Source of the DNA: a bacterium
GTDB lineage: Bacteria > Patescibacteriota > Saccharimonadia > Saccharimonadales > UBA4665
NCBI GenBank assembly: GCA_021850865.1
Contig: JAJZKN010000001.1
Location: forward strand, 158,834 to 222,833
Direction of reading: 5' to 3'
DNA: 64,000 nucleotides
Below are positions 43,535 through 53,500 of this stretch, one piece after another. A model generated the notes under the pieces. The model was not told the DNA's origin, did not search any database, and worked only from the letters and a program-made list of their open reading frames with translations. Position 1 is the stretch's first letter; every line of letters begins with the position of its first letter. The position numbers were made by a program, and so were the translations under genes.

Positions 43535-45046
43535 TTATAGTAAGGCTTCCGGATAAATATCTCTCGCTGTCGGATCTATCTCATAACGTAGCTGCGGAAA
43601 AGGCACTCCTTCTCTGGCGGTTACTCCTTCAAATATCCAGAATACCCGTTCGCTGTAGCCAAGTCCGCAAGCCGGAGGCATGCCGTATTCAAGCATTTCA
43701 ATGAAATCAATATCCATCATCATCGCTTCCGAATCGCCCCCTTGACGCATTGATTGTTGTTCGATGAATCGGTGGTACTGATCGAGCGGATCATTCAGCT
43801 CGGAAAAACCATTAGTAATTTCGCTGCCGCCAATAATGGCCTGAAAACGCTGAGTTGTTTCCGGCCGTTCGGGATTGGTTTTCGCTAGCGGACTAATAAA
43901 TTCCGGTGTGTTAATTAGCCAGACGGGGCCGGCGACGTCTTTGCGGATATTTTTCCAAAGCTTATCGACACCCCGGGCTTTATTGTCGCCATTGGCTACT
44001 TCGAGTTGATGTTTATTCAGCTGGTTTTTAACATCCTCAATCGAACAATTAAACACATCCAGGCCATCATAGTTTTTGGCGATCGTTTCGGCATAGTCCC
44101 ATCGCTCCCAATCCCCATCCAACTTAACGTTCTTGCCGTTTAGGTTAAATTCAAGGGTTCCGTAAGTATTTTGCAGTACTTCTCTAAACATCTTCTCCAT
44201 CAAATTGATGCCGTCATTCCAGTCGGCAAAAGCCCAATACCACTCCATAGCTACGTGCTCGGGCAAATGCTCGTCGCTATAGTTCTCATTCCTGAACCTG
44301 GGCCCGATATCATAAACCTTTTCAAAACCGGCACCAAGCAAACGCTTAAGCGGCAATTCATGGCTGATGCGTAGATAAAAATCCTGGTCAAGGGCATCCA
44401 TATGCGTAACGAAGGGGTTGGCATCAGCCCCGCCGGTCGTATGCTCAAGTACCGGAATATTGATCTCGATAAATCCATTTCGATTCAGAAAATCCCGACT
44501 GGCTTGCCAGAACCGGCTGCGACGAATAAACCGGTCGCGAATATCAGGATTGACATTCATATCAACATAACGACGGCGGAAACGCTCCTCTTTATTGCTG
44601 AAGCCTTCCCTGTTCTGCGGCAGCGGCCGCAAACTTTTAGCCAGCAGCCTTAGCTTGGTTACCTTAACCGAGATTTCACCGGTCTCGGTTTTAATCACTT
44701 CACCTGTCGCCTCAATAAAATCACCGTTATCCAGCAGTGGCAGTTCGGCGAAACCCAACTGTGAATCTTCAACCTTAAGGTTTTCAACATCGGCAGAAGA
44801 CAGAAAGAGCTGCAATTCGCTGCTCATATCCTTAATATTTAAAAACGCTATTTTGCCAAACTTACGGATAACGGTAATCCTGCCGACAACGATTACCACA
44901 TGATGCTCTAGCCCAACAAAATCATTGGTTATTTCTATTAAGTGATGTGTACGCGAACTATGCCCGGGATAAGGATTAATACCGAGCTTCTTTATTGCTT
45001 CGAGTTTTCTTAAACGTTCGTTTCTTAGTTCTTTAAGCGTGGCCAT
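43535..45046 (-). CDS. lysS: Lysine--tRNA ligase (class II)
   Basis: It has an N-terminal OB anticodon-binding domain, motif 2 (GPRFRNENYSDEHLPEH) and motif 3. Confidence 0.94.
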   Translation of the reverse strand: MATLKELRNERLRKLEAIKKLGINPYPGHSSRTHHLIEITNDFVGLEHHVVIVVGRITVIRKFGKIAFLNIKDMSSELQLFLSSADVENLKVEDSQLGFAELPLLDNGDFIEATGEVIKTETGEISVKVTKLRLLAKSLRPLPQNREGFSNKEERFRRRYVDMNVNPDIRDRFIRRSRFWQASRDFLNRNGFIEINIPVLEHTTGGADANPFVTHMDALDQDFYLRISHELPLKRLLGAGFEKVYDIGPRFRNENYSDEHLPEHVAMEWYWAFADWNDGINLMEKMFREVLQNTYGTLEFNLNGKNVKLDGDWERWDYAETIAKNYDGLDVFNCSIEDVKNQLNKHQLEVANGDNKARGVDKLWKNIRKDVAGPVWLINTPEFISPLAKTNPERPETTQRFQAIIGGSEITNGFSELNDPLDQYHRFIEQQSMRQGGDSEAMMMDIDFIEMLEYGMPPACGLGYSERVFWIFEGVTAREGVPFPQLRYEIDPTARDIYPEALL

Positions 45047-45122
45047 AACGAATACCGTTTGCCCATGAAATTAATAATATTGTTATTAGTATAGCCTGAT
45101 ATAAGCTGTAACTTCTAATTTT

Positions 45123-45590
45123 TTAAGCAATCTCAACAATCTTGTAGGCAGAGGTTTCAACTGGGGTTTCAATTTCCACCTTATCGTTTTCATGCTTGCC
45201 GATCAGAGCTTGACCGATCGGTGACTCATCGCTTATCTTACCGTTTAGCGGATCAGCCTCTACGGTGCCGACTATTTGGAATATTTTCGACTTGCCGTCG
45301 TCACCCTTCAAGGTGACTTTGGAGCCTAGCTGAACTTTTGCCGATCCCTTGGGTGTTTTGATCAATTCCGCGTTCTGAAGAATGTGCTCGATTTCGATAA
45401 TTCTCGCTTCGTTTCGCTCTTGCGCCGCCCGGGCTGATTGGTATTCACTGTTTTCAGACAGATCGCCAAATTCACGAGCAGTACGGATATTCTCGGCAAT
45501 TTGCGCCCTTTCAGCGGTTAACGCCTCCAGTTCATTTTGCAGCTCGGTTACTCCTTCTTTGGTCAGCCGAAACGTCTTCTTGACTACCAT
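45123..45590 (-). CDS. greA: Transcription elongation factor GreA
   Basis: It has a coiled-coil N-terminus with acidic tip residues (GDLSENSEY) and a C-terminal FKBP-like domain. Confidence 0.92.
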   Translation of the reverse strand: MVVKKTFRLTKEGVTELQNELEALTAERAQIAENIRTAREFGDLSENSEYQSARAAQERNEARIIEIEHILQNAELIKTPKGSAKVQLGSKVTLKGDDGKSKIFQIVGTVEADPLNGKISDESPIGQALIGKHENDKVEIETPVETSAYKIVEIA

Positions 45591-45668
45591 ATGTTTTCTT
45601 ATCCTTCCTACCTGCGACTAAAGGCAAGTTTATTTAACCAATCTAAGTATTAGCTTTTGGGGAATATG

Positions 45669-46922
45669 TTAACCGTGTATAGCGAGTTTCTTGACCATGG
45701 CTTCCTGCTTCATGTACTCGGAAGTCTTTTTGCTCCTGCTCTTGATCTCGTAACGGTCATTCGTCACCGATTCACTGTTGACGACCACCCGCCACGGGAT
45801 ACCCATCAGGTCAGCATCAGCGAACTTCTCACCCGGACGAATGTCACGGTCATCATATAGTACCGCAACACCGTTTCCTGTCAATATATTATATATTTGA
45901 TCGGCAAGTTTAGTTACCTTAGATTCACCAATTGCCATCAAATAGACTTTAGCGGGGGCAATAGCTTCAGGCCAGACCAGGCCCGACTCATCATTGAAAT
46001 GCTCAGCAATCACGCCCATTAAACGACTGACCCCGATACCGTAGGAGCTAAGGTAGATCGGCTGACGAATGCCCTTATCGTCAGTAAAATAAACCCCCAT
46101 TTGCTCACCTTTTACGCTGCCAAAGTTAAAGATATTACCGACTTCTGCGGCATTAATCTGTTCCAGTTCACTCTTCTTCAGACCCAATTGCGCCAACACG
46201 CTGTCGCTATAGACTTCCTCGTTTACCGCCAAACGCTTAGTCCTGTCCAAGTAAATAACGTCCTCGCCGCTGGAAGTTTCGGTTTGAAATTCATGACTGA
46301 ATTGAGTAAAGGAGCCGCCGGAGGCAAAGGTCATAAAAGTATAGGGTCCGAGACCGACCCGTTCGTAAACATTTAAGTATGCTTGTTTTGTCCGATCATA
46401 AAAGTCGTCGAGTTCTTTTTGGCTACGATTAAAGGAATACATATCTTTCATCAGAAATTCTCGTCCCCGCATTATGCCGCTCTTGGCCCTTAACTCGTTA
46501 CGCAGTTTAGTTTGAAACTGGTAAACGCTTACCGGTAAATCCCGGTAACTCTTTACATACTTCGAGATCATTGCCATTAATGGTTCTTCGTGACTCCAGC
46601 CCAATCCCACCTCTGTACCATTTTGCAACTTGCTCTTAAACCAAATATCAACAACATCATCGCTCCAGCGTCCGGTCGTTTGCCAGACATCCTTGGCCTG
46701 CAAAGAGGTCATCAACAATTCTGAAGCACCCAGTTTATTCATTTCGTCACGAATAATGGTCTTAATGTTTTCAATGACTCTCAGGCCAAGCGGCAGATAG
46801 GCGTAAACTCCGGCCATTTCCTTATAAATAAAACCGGCTTTAATCAACAGTAAAGCGTTGATTGCTTTCTCGTCACCTGGAACAGTCTTAGTTGTTTTAC
46901 TGAAAGTTTGGGATATGCGCAT
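45669..46922 (-). CDS. proS: Proline--tRNA ligase, short bacterial form without the INS editing domain
   Basis: It has KAGFIYKEMAGVYAYLPLG and motif 2 (LRNELRAKSGIMRGREFLMKD). It is only 417 aa. Confidence 0.9.
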   Translation of the reverse strand: MRISQTFSKTTKTVPGDEKAINALLLIKAGFIYKEMAGVYAYLPLGLRVIENIKTIIRDEMNKLGASELLMTSLQAKDVWQTTGRWSDDVVDIWFKSKLQNGTEVGLGWSHEEPLMAMISKYVKSYRDLPVSVYQFQTKLRNELRAKSGIMRGREFLMKDMYSFNRSQKELDDFYDRTKQAYLNVYERVGLGPYTFMTFASGGSFTQFSHEFQTETSSGEDVIYLDRTKRLAVNEEVYSDSVLAQLGLKKSELEQINAAEVGNIFNFGSVKGEQMGVYFTDDKGIRQPIYLSSYGIGVSRLMGVIAEHFNDESGLVWPEAIAPAKVYLMAIGESKVTKLADQIYNILTGNGVAVLYDDRDIRPGEKFADADLMGIPWRVVVNSESVTNDRYEIKSRSKKTSEYMKQEAMVKKLAIHG

Positions 46923-46952
46923 CTTAATTACCTGATTTCAATCTATTGTACC

Positions 46953-47738
46953 CTATCGACCGTGCAGTAAAAATAGATATGTAAAGGCAACGGCATTTTT
47001 ACTTGCATGAAGAAATATTCCCGGAACCAGACTTTTAGTCCTTTGCTTTAAGAAAACCAGCACCAAACTCAAAGAGAAAGTGTCAATAGCACCAATCCAT
47101 AACGGACCGGCCGAACCACCTTCCGGTAAATGAGCCGCAGCGAATATGGCACTGACCAACAATCCGGCGTATAACGGTCTAATAGCCTTTTTTAGTCCTT
47201 CAAATAAAAATCCACGGAATAAGATCTCTTCAGCGATCGGCGGAATTACGACTAAGCTTAAAAAAGTAATGATTAGCTGGTATGAGCCATGAACGGTAGT
47301 AAAACCGATCTGTTGGGCTTGAGACAAATTAATGCTAGTAAAGTGCTGTACGATTGCCAGTAAAACGATATACAGCAACAGATATGCCGGGTAAGCAACC
47401 AGGGCGTAAAATAAATATATCGGTCGAAATTTATTAAACCCGATACTTCTTAAGTCTTTTTTAAAGTGGCGGAGGATCAGATAAACAAAAACTACCGATA
47501 ATCCCTCAGCCAGCAGCACGAAAAAGAACTGAGCGGTCACCGAATTAGATAACAAATTGTTGATTTGTGCAGTGTTTTCACCCTTTATTAAGGGGTAGAT
47601 CTGAACTATCAGGCTCGCGGCGAGCTGGGAGACCAGAAACACCAATCCGACTGCGGCAATCACTTCCACAATCCAAGCCAGCCGCTTCAGCTTAGATGGG
47701 CCGTCCTTCTCTTCAAAATGTTTTTTCTCTTTAGTCAT
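46953..47738 (-). CDS. CPBP-family intramembrane glutamic endopeptidase (CAAX protease-like)
   Basis: It has EEILFRGFLF and a later His motif (FAAAHL). It is a polytopic membrane protein. Confidence 0.8.
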   Translation of the reverse strand: MTKEKKHFEEKDGPSKLKRLAWIVEVIAAVGLVFLVSQLAASLIVQIYPLIKGENTAQINNLLSNSVTAQFFFVLLAEGLSVVFVYLILRHFKKDLRSIGFNKFRPIYLFYALVAYPAYLLLYIVLLAIVQHFTSINLSQAQQIGFTTVHGSYQLIITFLSLVVIPPIAEEILFRGFLFEGLKKAIRPLYAGLLVSAIFAAAHLPEGGSAGPLWIGAIDTFSLSLVLVFLKQRTKSLVPGIFLHASKNAVAFTYLFLLHGR

Positions 47739-47761
47739 TAATCAGCATCTCCGTCACGCCG

Positions 47762-48937
47762 CTACAAAAAATGATGTATATCAACAATTGTCACTAATAC
47801 CATAAGCGTAATCAGTAACAACATACCGAAAGCGTTAATTGATTCCTCGAGTGCGACGCTCATAGGCAAACCGCCGCTAACGGCCCGGCTAGCCAGCATC
47901 AACCACAAGCGACCGCCATCCAGTGCCGGAATCGGCAGAAAGTTCATAATCGCGAGGGTTAACGAGATGACTGCAATAATAAACAGCATGTACTGGTAGC
48001 CCAAGACGCTTCCGTCCTTTAGGATAACGAAGATAGCCACCGGCCCGGCAACCTGCGAAGTTGCTATTGCCTGTCCATGCTGCCTGGCAACAGTATTACC
48101 GGTAACCAGACCGGCAATCAACCGCCCGAGTCCGGATAGTGCATGACCGAGACCAATCATTGTCAGCTTAATAATTTGTATCGTCAACCCAACGGCTTCG
48201 ATGGGTGCTTTAAGCAGACTGTACCTCTTGATTGTCAAGGGTGTTAATGCTATGCCAAGATAGCCTTTCGGATTATTGGTTTTCAGACTGGCCAGTACAA
48301 CCGCTTTTGACTGTAGCGTCGTTAATTTAGTGTAGCTTGTGCCGTTATTTTTATAGGTCACCATTACTTGGCGTCCGGCATATTGTTCGGTTATCTTTTG
48401 CAGATCACTGATCGAAGAAATTGGACTTAAATGCTTAACTGGGCCCACGGCGATAATCTGATCCTCATTTTTCAATCCGATACGAGCAGCCGGACTGTTA
48501 GGCTCAACGTAATTTACCAATACTTCCTGGTGTGTCACCGTTCCGGATTTACCGGCATCGTACTGATTAGGAATAATCTGCGGCAAGCCGATAACACTTA
48601 ATAAAACGAGCAGAAGAACGCCAACTACCAGATTCATAAAAACACCCGCAGCCATTATCTTGGTTTTTGACCAGACACTGGCAGCGCCAAAACTACCGGG
48701 TTCAACATCGCTGTCGTGCTCGCCTTTCATTTTGACAAACCCGCCTAAAGGCAGTGCGTTGATAGAGAAAACCCAGCCTTTTTTAGTAATGCGCCTATAA
48801 AGCCTTGGCGGGAAGAAAATGCCAAACTCTTCGGCAACTACGCCATTTCGCCGAGCCACCAGAAAATGACCCAATTCGTGGACAATAATCAATCCTATAA
48901 AAAGTACAATACCGGTTATTAATACCAAAACAGACAT
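47762..48937 (-). CDS. rseP: Site-2 (M50) intramembrane zinc metalloprotease RseP
   Basis: It has HELGHFLVAR in TM1, a central PDZ domain and C-terminal NxxPxxxLDG (NFLPIPALDGG). Confidence 0.85.
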   Translation of the reverse strand: MSVLVLITGIVLFIGLIIVHELGHFLVARRNGVVAEEFGIFFPPRLYRRITKKGWVFSINALPLGGFVKMKGEHDSDVEPGSFGAASVWSKTKIMAAGVFMNLVVGVLLLVLLSVIGLPQIIPNQYDAGKSGTVTHQEVLVNYVEPNSPAARIGLKNEDQIIAVGPVKHLSPISSISDLQKITEQYAGRQVMVTYKNNGTSYTKLTTLQSKAVVLASLKTNNPKGYLGIALTPLTIKRYSLLKAPIEAVGLTIQIIKLTMIGLGHALSGLGRLIAGLVTGNTVARQHGQAIATSQVAGPVAIFVILKDGSVLGYQYMLFIIAVISLTLAIMNFLPIPALDGGRLWLMLASRAVSGGLPMSVALEESINAFGMLLLITLMVLVTIVDIHHFL

Positions 48938-48988
48938 ACTTAAAAATTATACCCTAACTAATCCTGAACTAAGCTTCCAAGATTTACC

Positions 48989-49552
48989 TTAAAGAGTCAT
49001 AATTTCTTGCTCTTTATTTTTCGCTGACGTTTCGATACTGGAACGGTAGCCGTTCATGCTTTCGTCAATTTGCTTTTCTGTTCGCCTCGCATCATCTTCG
49101 CTAATTAGTTTTTGTTTTTGGGCTTCATCGATTTGATGCAATGCTTCATGCCGTACGCTACGCAGCCGCACCATGCTTTCCTCAACTTTTTCCCCAATTT
49201 GCTTGACGATTTCCCGCCGACGTTCTTCGGTAAGCGGAGGAATCACCACCCTTACGACCCGCCCATCATCGCTAGGATTAAATCCAAGAGATTGGTTATT
49301 GCGAATAGCGGCCGCTATGGCCTGGAGATTACTTGGATCGAATGGCGTTATTTGGAGTAACTGAGCCTCCTGAGCAATTACGTTTCCGACCTGATTGAGC
49401 GGCAGCCGCGTTCCATACACCTCGACCATTACGCCAGACAACATACCGGCATTAGCCCTACCTGTTCGAAGTTTCGCCAGGTCGTTTTCCAGAAATTCCT
49501 TGGCCGACTTAAACGCCGCGTCAGCTCGAGAAACTATTTTGGCAGTATCCAT
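48989..49552 (-). CDS. frr: Ribosome recycling factor
   Basis: It is a full-length RRF pattern (LRTGRANAGMLSGVMVEVYG, IPPLTEERRRE) of 187 aa. Confidence 0.94.
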   Translation of the reverse strand: MDTAKIVSRADAAFKSAKEFLENDLAKLRTGRANAGMLSGVMVEVYGTRLPLNQVGNVIAQEAQLLQITPFDPSNLQAIAAAIRNNQSLGFNPSDDGRVVRVVIPPLTEERRREIVKQIGEKVEESMVRLRSVRHEALHQIDEAQKQKLISEDDARRTEKQIDESMNGYRSSIETSAKNKEQEIMTL

Positions 49553-49579
49553 ATATATTAGAATCTATTTTAATCCAGA

Positions 49580-50176
49580 CTAGTTGATCTCGCCAAGTGC
49601 CAGTCGATAAAACCGGCGGACAACAATATTCTCGCCCAGCCTAGCATTGTGCTCTTTAACATAGTCACCGACTGTTTGATCGGGATTTTTAACAAATGGC
49701 TGGTCTAGTAAGCACCTTTCGCTAAAGTACTTATCGACCTGGCCGGCGACTATTTTATCGATTATCGGCGCCGGCTTACCATCAGTCTTAGCTTTGGCCT
49801 TAAACTCTTCCTCGACCACCTTTACAGCCGACTCTTGTATCTGGTCGCGACTGACGTATTCCGGGTTGATGGCTGCGATATGCATCGCAATATCCTTAAC
49901 CAAACTGGTAAAAATCTCGTTTCTGGCCACAAAGTCGGTTTCACAGTTGACCTCGACAATCACACCAATGCGGTTGTCGTGGTTATAGTTCCCGATTACG
50001 CCGGCAAGTGCTTGGCGTTCTCCCCGTTTATCGGCCTTAGTCAAACCTTTTGCGCGCATTGCCTTCAAAGCCACGTCAAAGTCACCCCCAGCTTCTTCAA
50101 GCGCCACCTTGGCATCAGTTAGACCGACTCCAGTCAAATCCTTTAGTCGTTTAATCTGCTCAATTTCGACAGCCAT
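49580..50176 (-). CDS. tsf: Elongation factor Ts (short form)
   Basis: It has an N-terminal UBA-like domain (IKRLKDLTGVGLTDAKVALEEAGGDFDVALKAMRAKG) and TDFVARN. It is 198 aa and directly follows rpsB. Confidence 0.9.
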   Translation of the reverse strand: MAVEIEQIKRLKDLTGVGLTDAKVALEEAGGDFDVALKAMRAKGLTKADKRGERQALAGVIGNYNHDNRIGVIVEVNCETDFVARNEIFTSLVKDIAMHIAAINPEYVSRDQIQESAVKVVEEEFKAKAKTDGKPAPIIDKIVAGQVDKYFSERCLLDQPFVKNPDQTVGDYVKEHNARLGENIVVRRFYRLALGEIN

Positions 50177-50919
50177 TATTTCGTCTCCTTGTCGTCAACC
50201 TTGTCCTTGCTTGCAGTATTTTTGGATTTTTGTTCTTGGCCGATCTCTATGGCCTTCCGGACATAATCGCAAAGCAATTTAATAGTCTTAATTGCATCAT
50301 CGTTCGCTGGAATCGGGTAGGTGATTCGTGATGGATCCGCATTACTGTCGACAATCGCCACCACCGGGATGTTCATGCGATTGGCTTCGCGAACCGCATT
50401 GGCTTCGGTAATAACATCAACAACAAATAACGCTCCGGGTTTGCCGTTCAGCTCTTTAATACCACCGTATAGATGGTTAAGCTCATCGATCTCTTCCTGA
50501 TAACGTTGGACTTCGAGTTTGCTATAGCGGCTGGCGAGTTCACCATTAGCCATTCGGGTCTCGAGGTCTTTAAGGTGCTTTACTCTTGATCCAATCGTGT
50601 TCCAGTTAGTTAGCATACCGCCGAGCCAACGAACGCTTACATAGGGCTGCTTAACGGCAGTAGCCGTGTCCTTGATAATGTCCTTCGCTTGACGTTTGGT
50701 CCCGACAAAAAGTACTTGTCTGCCACCCCCCGCCACCTGAGTCAAGAATGTCATAGCCGTTTCCATTGCTTCAACAGTTTTGGCTAAATCGATTATATGG
50801 ACACCATCCCGTTTAGAGTGAATATACGGTGCCATCTTAGGATGCCAGCGGCTGGTTTTATGCCCGAAGTGCGCTCCTGCTTCAAGCAATTCCTTCATAT
50901 CAATATTGTTAGTGGCCAT
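50176..50919 (-). CDS. rpsB: 30S ribosomal protein S2
   Basis: [23 protein letters not shown] is canonical for S2. It has a Lys/Asp-rich tail. Confidence 0.95.
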   Translation of the reverse strand: MATNNIDMKELLEAGAHFGHKTSRWHPKMAPYIHSKRDGVHIIDLAKTVEAMETAMTFLTQVAGGGRQVLFVGTKRQAKDIIKDTATAVKQPYVSVRWLGGMLTNWNTIGSRVKHLKDLETRMANGELASRYSKLEVQRYQEEIDELNHLYGGIKELNGKPGALFVVDVITEANAVREANRMNIPVVAIVDSNADPSRITYPIPANDDAIKTIKLLCDYVRKAIEIGQEQKSKNTASKDKVDDKETK

Positions 50920-50960
50920 TAACTATCCTTTCTTGTACGGCTATACAGCCATACTATTTC

Positions 50961-51033
50961 GCGGCTCTTAAAATCTTCAGCCGAAGCTTCCATTGTTCCC
51001 GGTAAAGCTACCTCTAGGGAAAAACAGAGCCGC
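50961..51033 (-). promoter_or_regulatory. Structured 5' leader candidate of rpsB-tsf
   Basis: An 8-bp closing helix GCGGCTCT (50961-50968) / AGAGCCGC (51026-51033) encloses two hairpins: TTCCC (50996-51000) / GGGAA (51017-51021), and CTTC / GAAG around 50975-50986. It lies about 40 nt upstream of the rpsB ATG. Confidence 0.35.
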
Positions 51034-51064
51034 TGCTCCGTGCTTGATTAATTGATAATCAGTT

Positions 51065-51093
51065 ATTCTACCAGCTGAATGACGTCTGCGCAA
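51065..51093 (-). promoter_or_regulatory. rpsB promoter candidate
   Basis: On the minus strand: TTGCGC (51093-51088), 17 nt, TAGAAT (51070-51065). Confidence 0.45.
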
Positions 51094-51122
51094 TAGAAAC
51101 ACCGATAAGTAGCGATAAAAAC

Positions 51123-51151
51123 TTGCTTTTTCCAGGAATAACAGATATATT
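51123..51151 (+). promoter_or_regulatory. rpmE promoter candidate (very short leader)
   Basis: TTGCTT (51123-51128), 17 nt, TATATT (51146-51151). The ATG at 51162 is only 10 nt after the -10. Confidence 0.45.
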
Positions 51152-51161
51152 AGTCTATCGT

Positions 51162-51503
51162 ATGAAAAAAGATTTACATCCGGACAATTATCAACTTGTA
51201 GTTTTCGAAGACCTGAATAATGGATTCCGTTTTTTAACCCGATCAACCGCCGCCAGCGAAGAAACCATTAAGTGGGAAGATGGCAACGATTATCCTTTGA
51301 TTAAAGTTCATGTCAGCTCAGCCTCTCACCCCTATTTTACGGGTGAAGAAAAAATACTGGATATTGAAGGCCGGGTAGACAAATTCAAAGCTCGAGCCCA
51401 GGCCGCGGAACAAGCCCGCGCCCAGAGAGTGAACGCTGCCAAGAAACAAGCTAAGCGTCAAGCTGCCAAGATAGATAAGGCCGCTAGCAAAGCCGCTGCT
51501 TAG
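51162..51503 (+). CDS. rpmE: 50S ribosomal protein L31, type B (no CxxC), with Ala/Lys-rich C-terminal extension
   Basis: [17 protein letters not shown]...SASHPYFTG matches L31. Cys-free means type B. There are about 35 extra C-terminal residues ([37 protein letters not shown]). Confidence 0.88.
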   Translation: MKKDLHPDNYQLVVFEDLNNGFRFLTRSTAASEETIKWEDGNDYPLIKVHVSSASHPYFTGEEKILDIEGRVDKFKARAQAAEQARAQRVNAAKKQAKRQAAKIDKAASKAAA

Positions 51504-51594
51504 ACTCAAGCGTCGCCGGCAACCTTAATCTTCGATTGTTAAGTTAATAGCCTACCCGTTATCGACTGATGATTTTAAGGAGTAAAATAAGCTC

Positions 51595-52656
51595 ATGGAT
51601 GCCAAAGAAAATGATTTAAGAGCCGAGCTTGACGCAATCGATCTTAGACTTAACGATCCGAATATTTTTAATGATAGTGATTATCCCCGACTGGCCAAAC
51701 GCCGTTCGGAATTAGATGAGATAGTTAAGCTGTTTGATGAAAAACTAAGGCTAACTAAAGCGCTGAATGCCGCCCGTAAGCTTAAAGACCACCAGGACAA
51801 TGACATAGTGCAGATGGCCGTAGAGGAAATAGAAGATTTAACTCCGAAACTGCAGGCAGTAGAAGCGCGAATCGCCGACATCACCCTACCCAAAGATCCC
51901 AATGATCAACGTGATGTGATCATCGAAATACGTGCCGCGGCGGGCGGCGACGAATCCAGCCTGTTCGCCGGCGATCTATTTCGCATGTATAACCGTTGGG
52001 CTGAGACACATAATTATAAAATAGAGTTAATTAACGAAAGCCCTAGCGATGCCGGAGGCTTTAAAGAAATTACCTTTTCTGTTCATGGCCTCGATGCCTA
52101 CCACCATCTTAAGTATGAAGCTGGAGTCCATAGAGTACAGCGAGTGCCCGTTACCGAGAGTCAGGGACGGATTCATACCTCAACAACTACCGTAGCTGTG
52201 CTGCCCCAGGCTGAAGAAACGGATATTGAAATTAATCCTAGTGATTTAAGGATTGATGTTTACCGTAGCGGCGGCCATGGCGGCCAAAGCGTTAATACCA
52301 CCGATTCGGCCGTCAGGATAACTCACTTGCCGACCGGCCTGGTAGTTTCTAACCAGGACGAGAAGTCACAGATTAAAAATAAGGCGAAGGCAATGAGCGT
52401 GCTCAGATCCAGGTTGCTCCAACGTAAAATCGAACAGGAGCAGCAACAACTTTCCGATTCCAGGAGAAGACTCATCGGCAGCGGCGATCGGAGCGAAAAA
52501 ATTCGTACCTATAACTTTCCGCAAGACCGGATAACCGACCACCGCATTGGCTATAGTCGCAGTAACATTAACGGCGCGTTAAGCGGGGACATTGACGACC
52601 TAATGAAGGCTTTAGCGAATGCCGAACACGACCTGATCAACCGGGAGGGGTTGTGA
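51595..52656 (+). CDS. prfA: Peptide chain release factor 1
   Basis: It has the PxT tripeptide (QRVPVTES) and GGQ ([10 protein letters not shown]). Confidence 0.95.
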   Translation: MDAKENDLRAELDAIDLRLNDPNIFNDSDYPRLAKRRSELDEIVKLFDEKLRLTKALNAARKLKDHQDNDIVQMAVEEIEDLTPKLQAVEARIADITLPKDPNDQRDVIIEIRAAAGGDESSLFAGDLFRMYNRWAETHNYKIELINESPSDAGGFKEITFSVHGLDAYHHLKYEAGVHRVQRVPVTESQGRIHTSTTTVAVLPQAEETDIEINPSDLRIDVYRSGGHGGQSVNTTDSAVRITHLPTGLVVSNQDEKSQIKNKAKAMSVLRSRLLQRKIEQEQQQLSDSRRRLIGSGDRSEKIRTYNFPQDRITDHRIGYSRSNINGALSGDIDDLMKALANAEHDLINREGL

Positions 52657-52663
52657 CTTGGTT

Positions 52664-53500
52664 ATGGAGGCAGGCAGGGCTTTAAATCAAGCCAGAGCTA
52701 GACTGAAGGCGGCCGGAATATCCGGCACCGCAGATCTCGATGCGCTGGTGTTAATGGAAGATGTAACCGGAATCGACCGAGCCCGGTTGCTAGCCGAACC
52801 GGCACAAAAGCTCACCCTAACCCAACTTCGAACTTACAATCAACAAATCAACCAACGACGCCGCCACATTCCATTAGCCTACATCCGGAAGCAAAGTGAA
52901 TTTTACGGCCGGACTTTTTATATCGACAAGCGCGTTTTAGAACCCAGGCCGGAAAGCGAAGCGATGATCGATGAAGCTAAAAGCTTGATAGTCAGCCTAA
53001 AGCGCCGACCCCTTGTCATTGATATTGGCACCGGATCAGGAGCACTGATCATTTCCCTTAAACTGGAACTTCCTTTGGGGCAAGCCGTAGCAATCGATCT
53101 TAGCCAAGATTGCCTGGATGTTGCAAAGATAAATATGCAAAAGTTCGCACTGGATATTGAGTTTCGTAAAGGCGATCTGATTGATTGCCTGCCAGATAAA
53201 TTATTCCAAATTAATCGACCGGTTTTGGCGCTGGCTAATTTGCCCTATGTACCAAATAACTGGAAGATAAACGAAGCAGCTATGCAAGAACCGAGGATGG
53301 CCATTTTTGGCGGCGGGGACGGACTTGATCTTTATCGCACACTGTTTAAGCAACTGACCACCAGAAACAACCCGGTCGATTATTTACTCTGTGAATCAAT
53401 GCCGCCGCAACATGCAACCCTAGCAGAGCTAGCCACGATTTACGGTTATAAATTAATCGGCACTAATGATTTTATTCAAGTTTTCAGCTGTTTGGCTTAA
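52664..53500 (+). CDS. prmC: Release factor glutamine N5-methyltransferase
   Basis: It has DIGTGSGALIIS and the NPPY-type motif as NLPYV. It lies immediately after prfA. The ORF is also open from the TTG at 52658. Confidence 0.85.
   Translation: MEAGRALNQARARLKAAGISGTADLDALVLMEDVTGIDRARLLAEPAQKLTLTQLRTYNQQINQRRRHIPLAYIRKQSEFYGRTFYIDKRVLEPRPESEAMIDEAKSLIVSLKRRPLVIDIGTGSGALIISLKLELPLGQAVAIDLSQDCLDVAKINMQKFALDIEFRKGDLIDCLPDKLFQINRPVLALANLPYVPNNWKINEAAMQEPRMAIFGGGDGLDLYRTLFKQLTTRNNPVDYLLCESMPPQHATLAELATIYGYKLIGTNDFIQVFSCLA

Noticed and set aside
50977-51246. An 89-aa minus-strand ORF spanning the rpsB/rpmE divergent promoter region.
   Set aside because: It overlaps the rpmE start and both predicted promoters. 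Its translation looks non-protein-like, and the region is better explained as regulatory DNA plus the rpsB leader.
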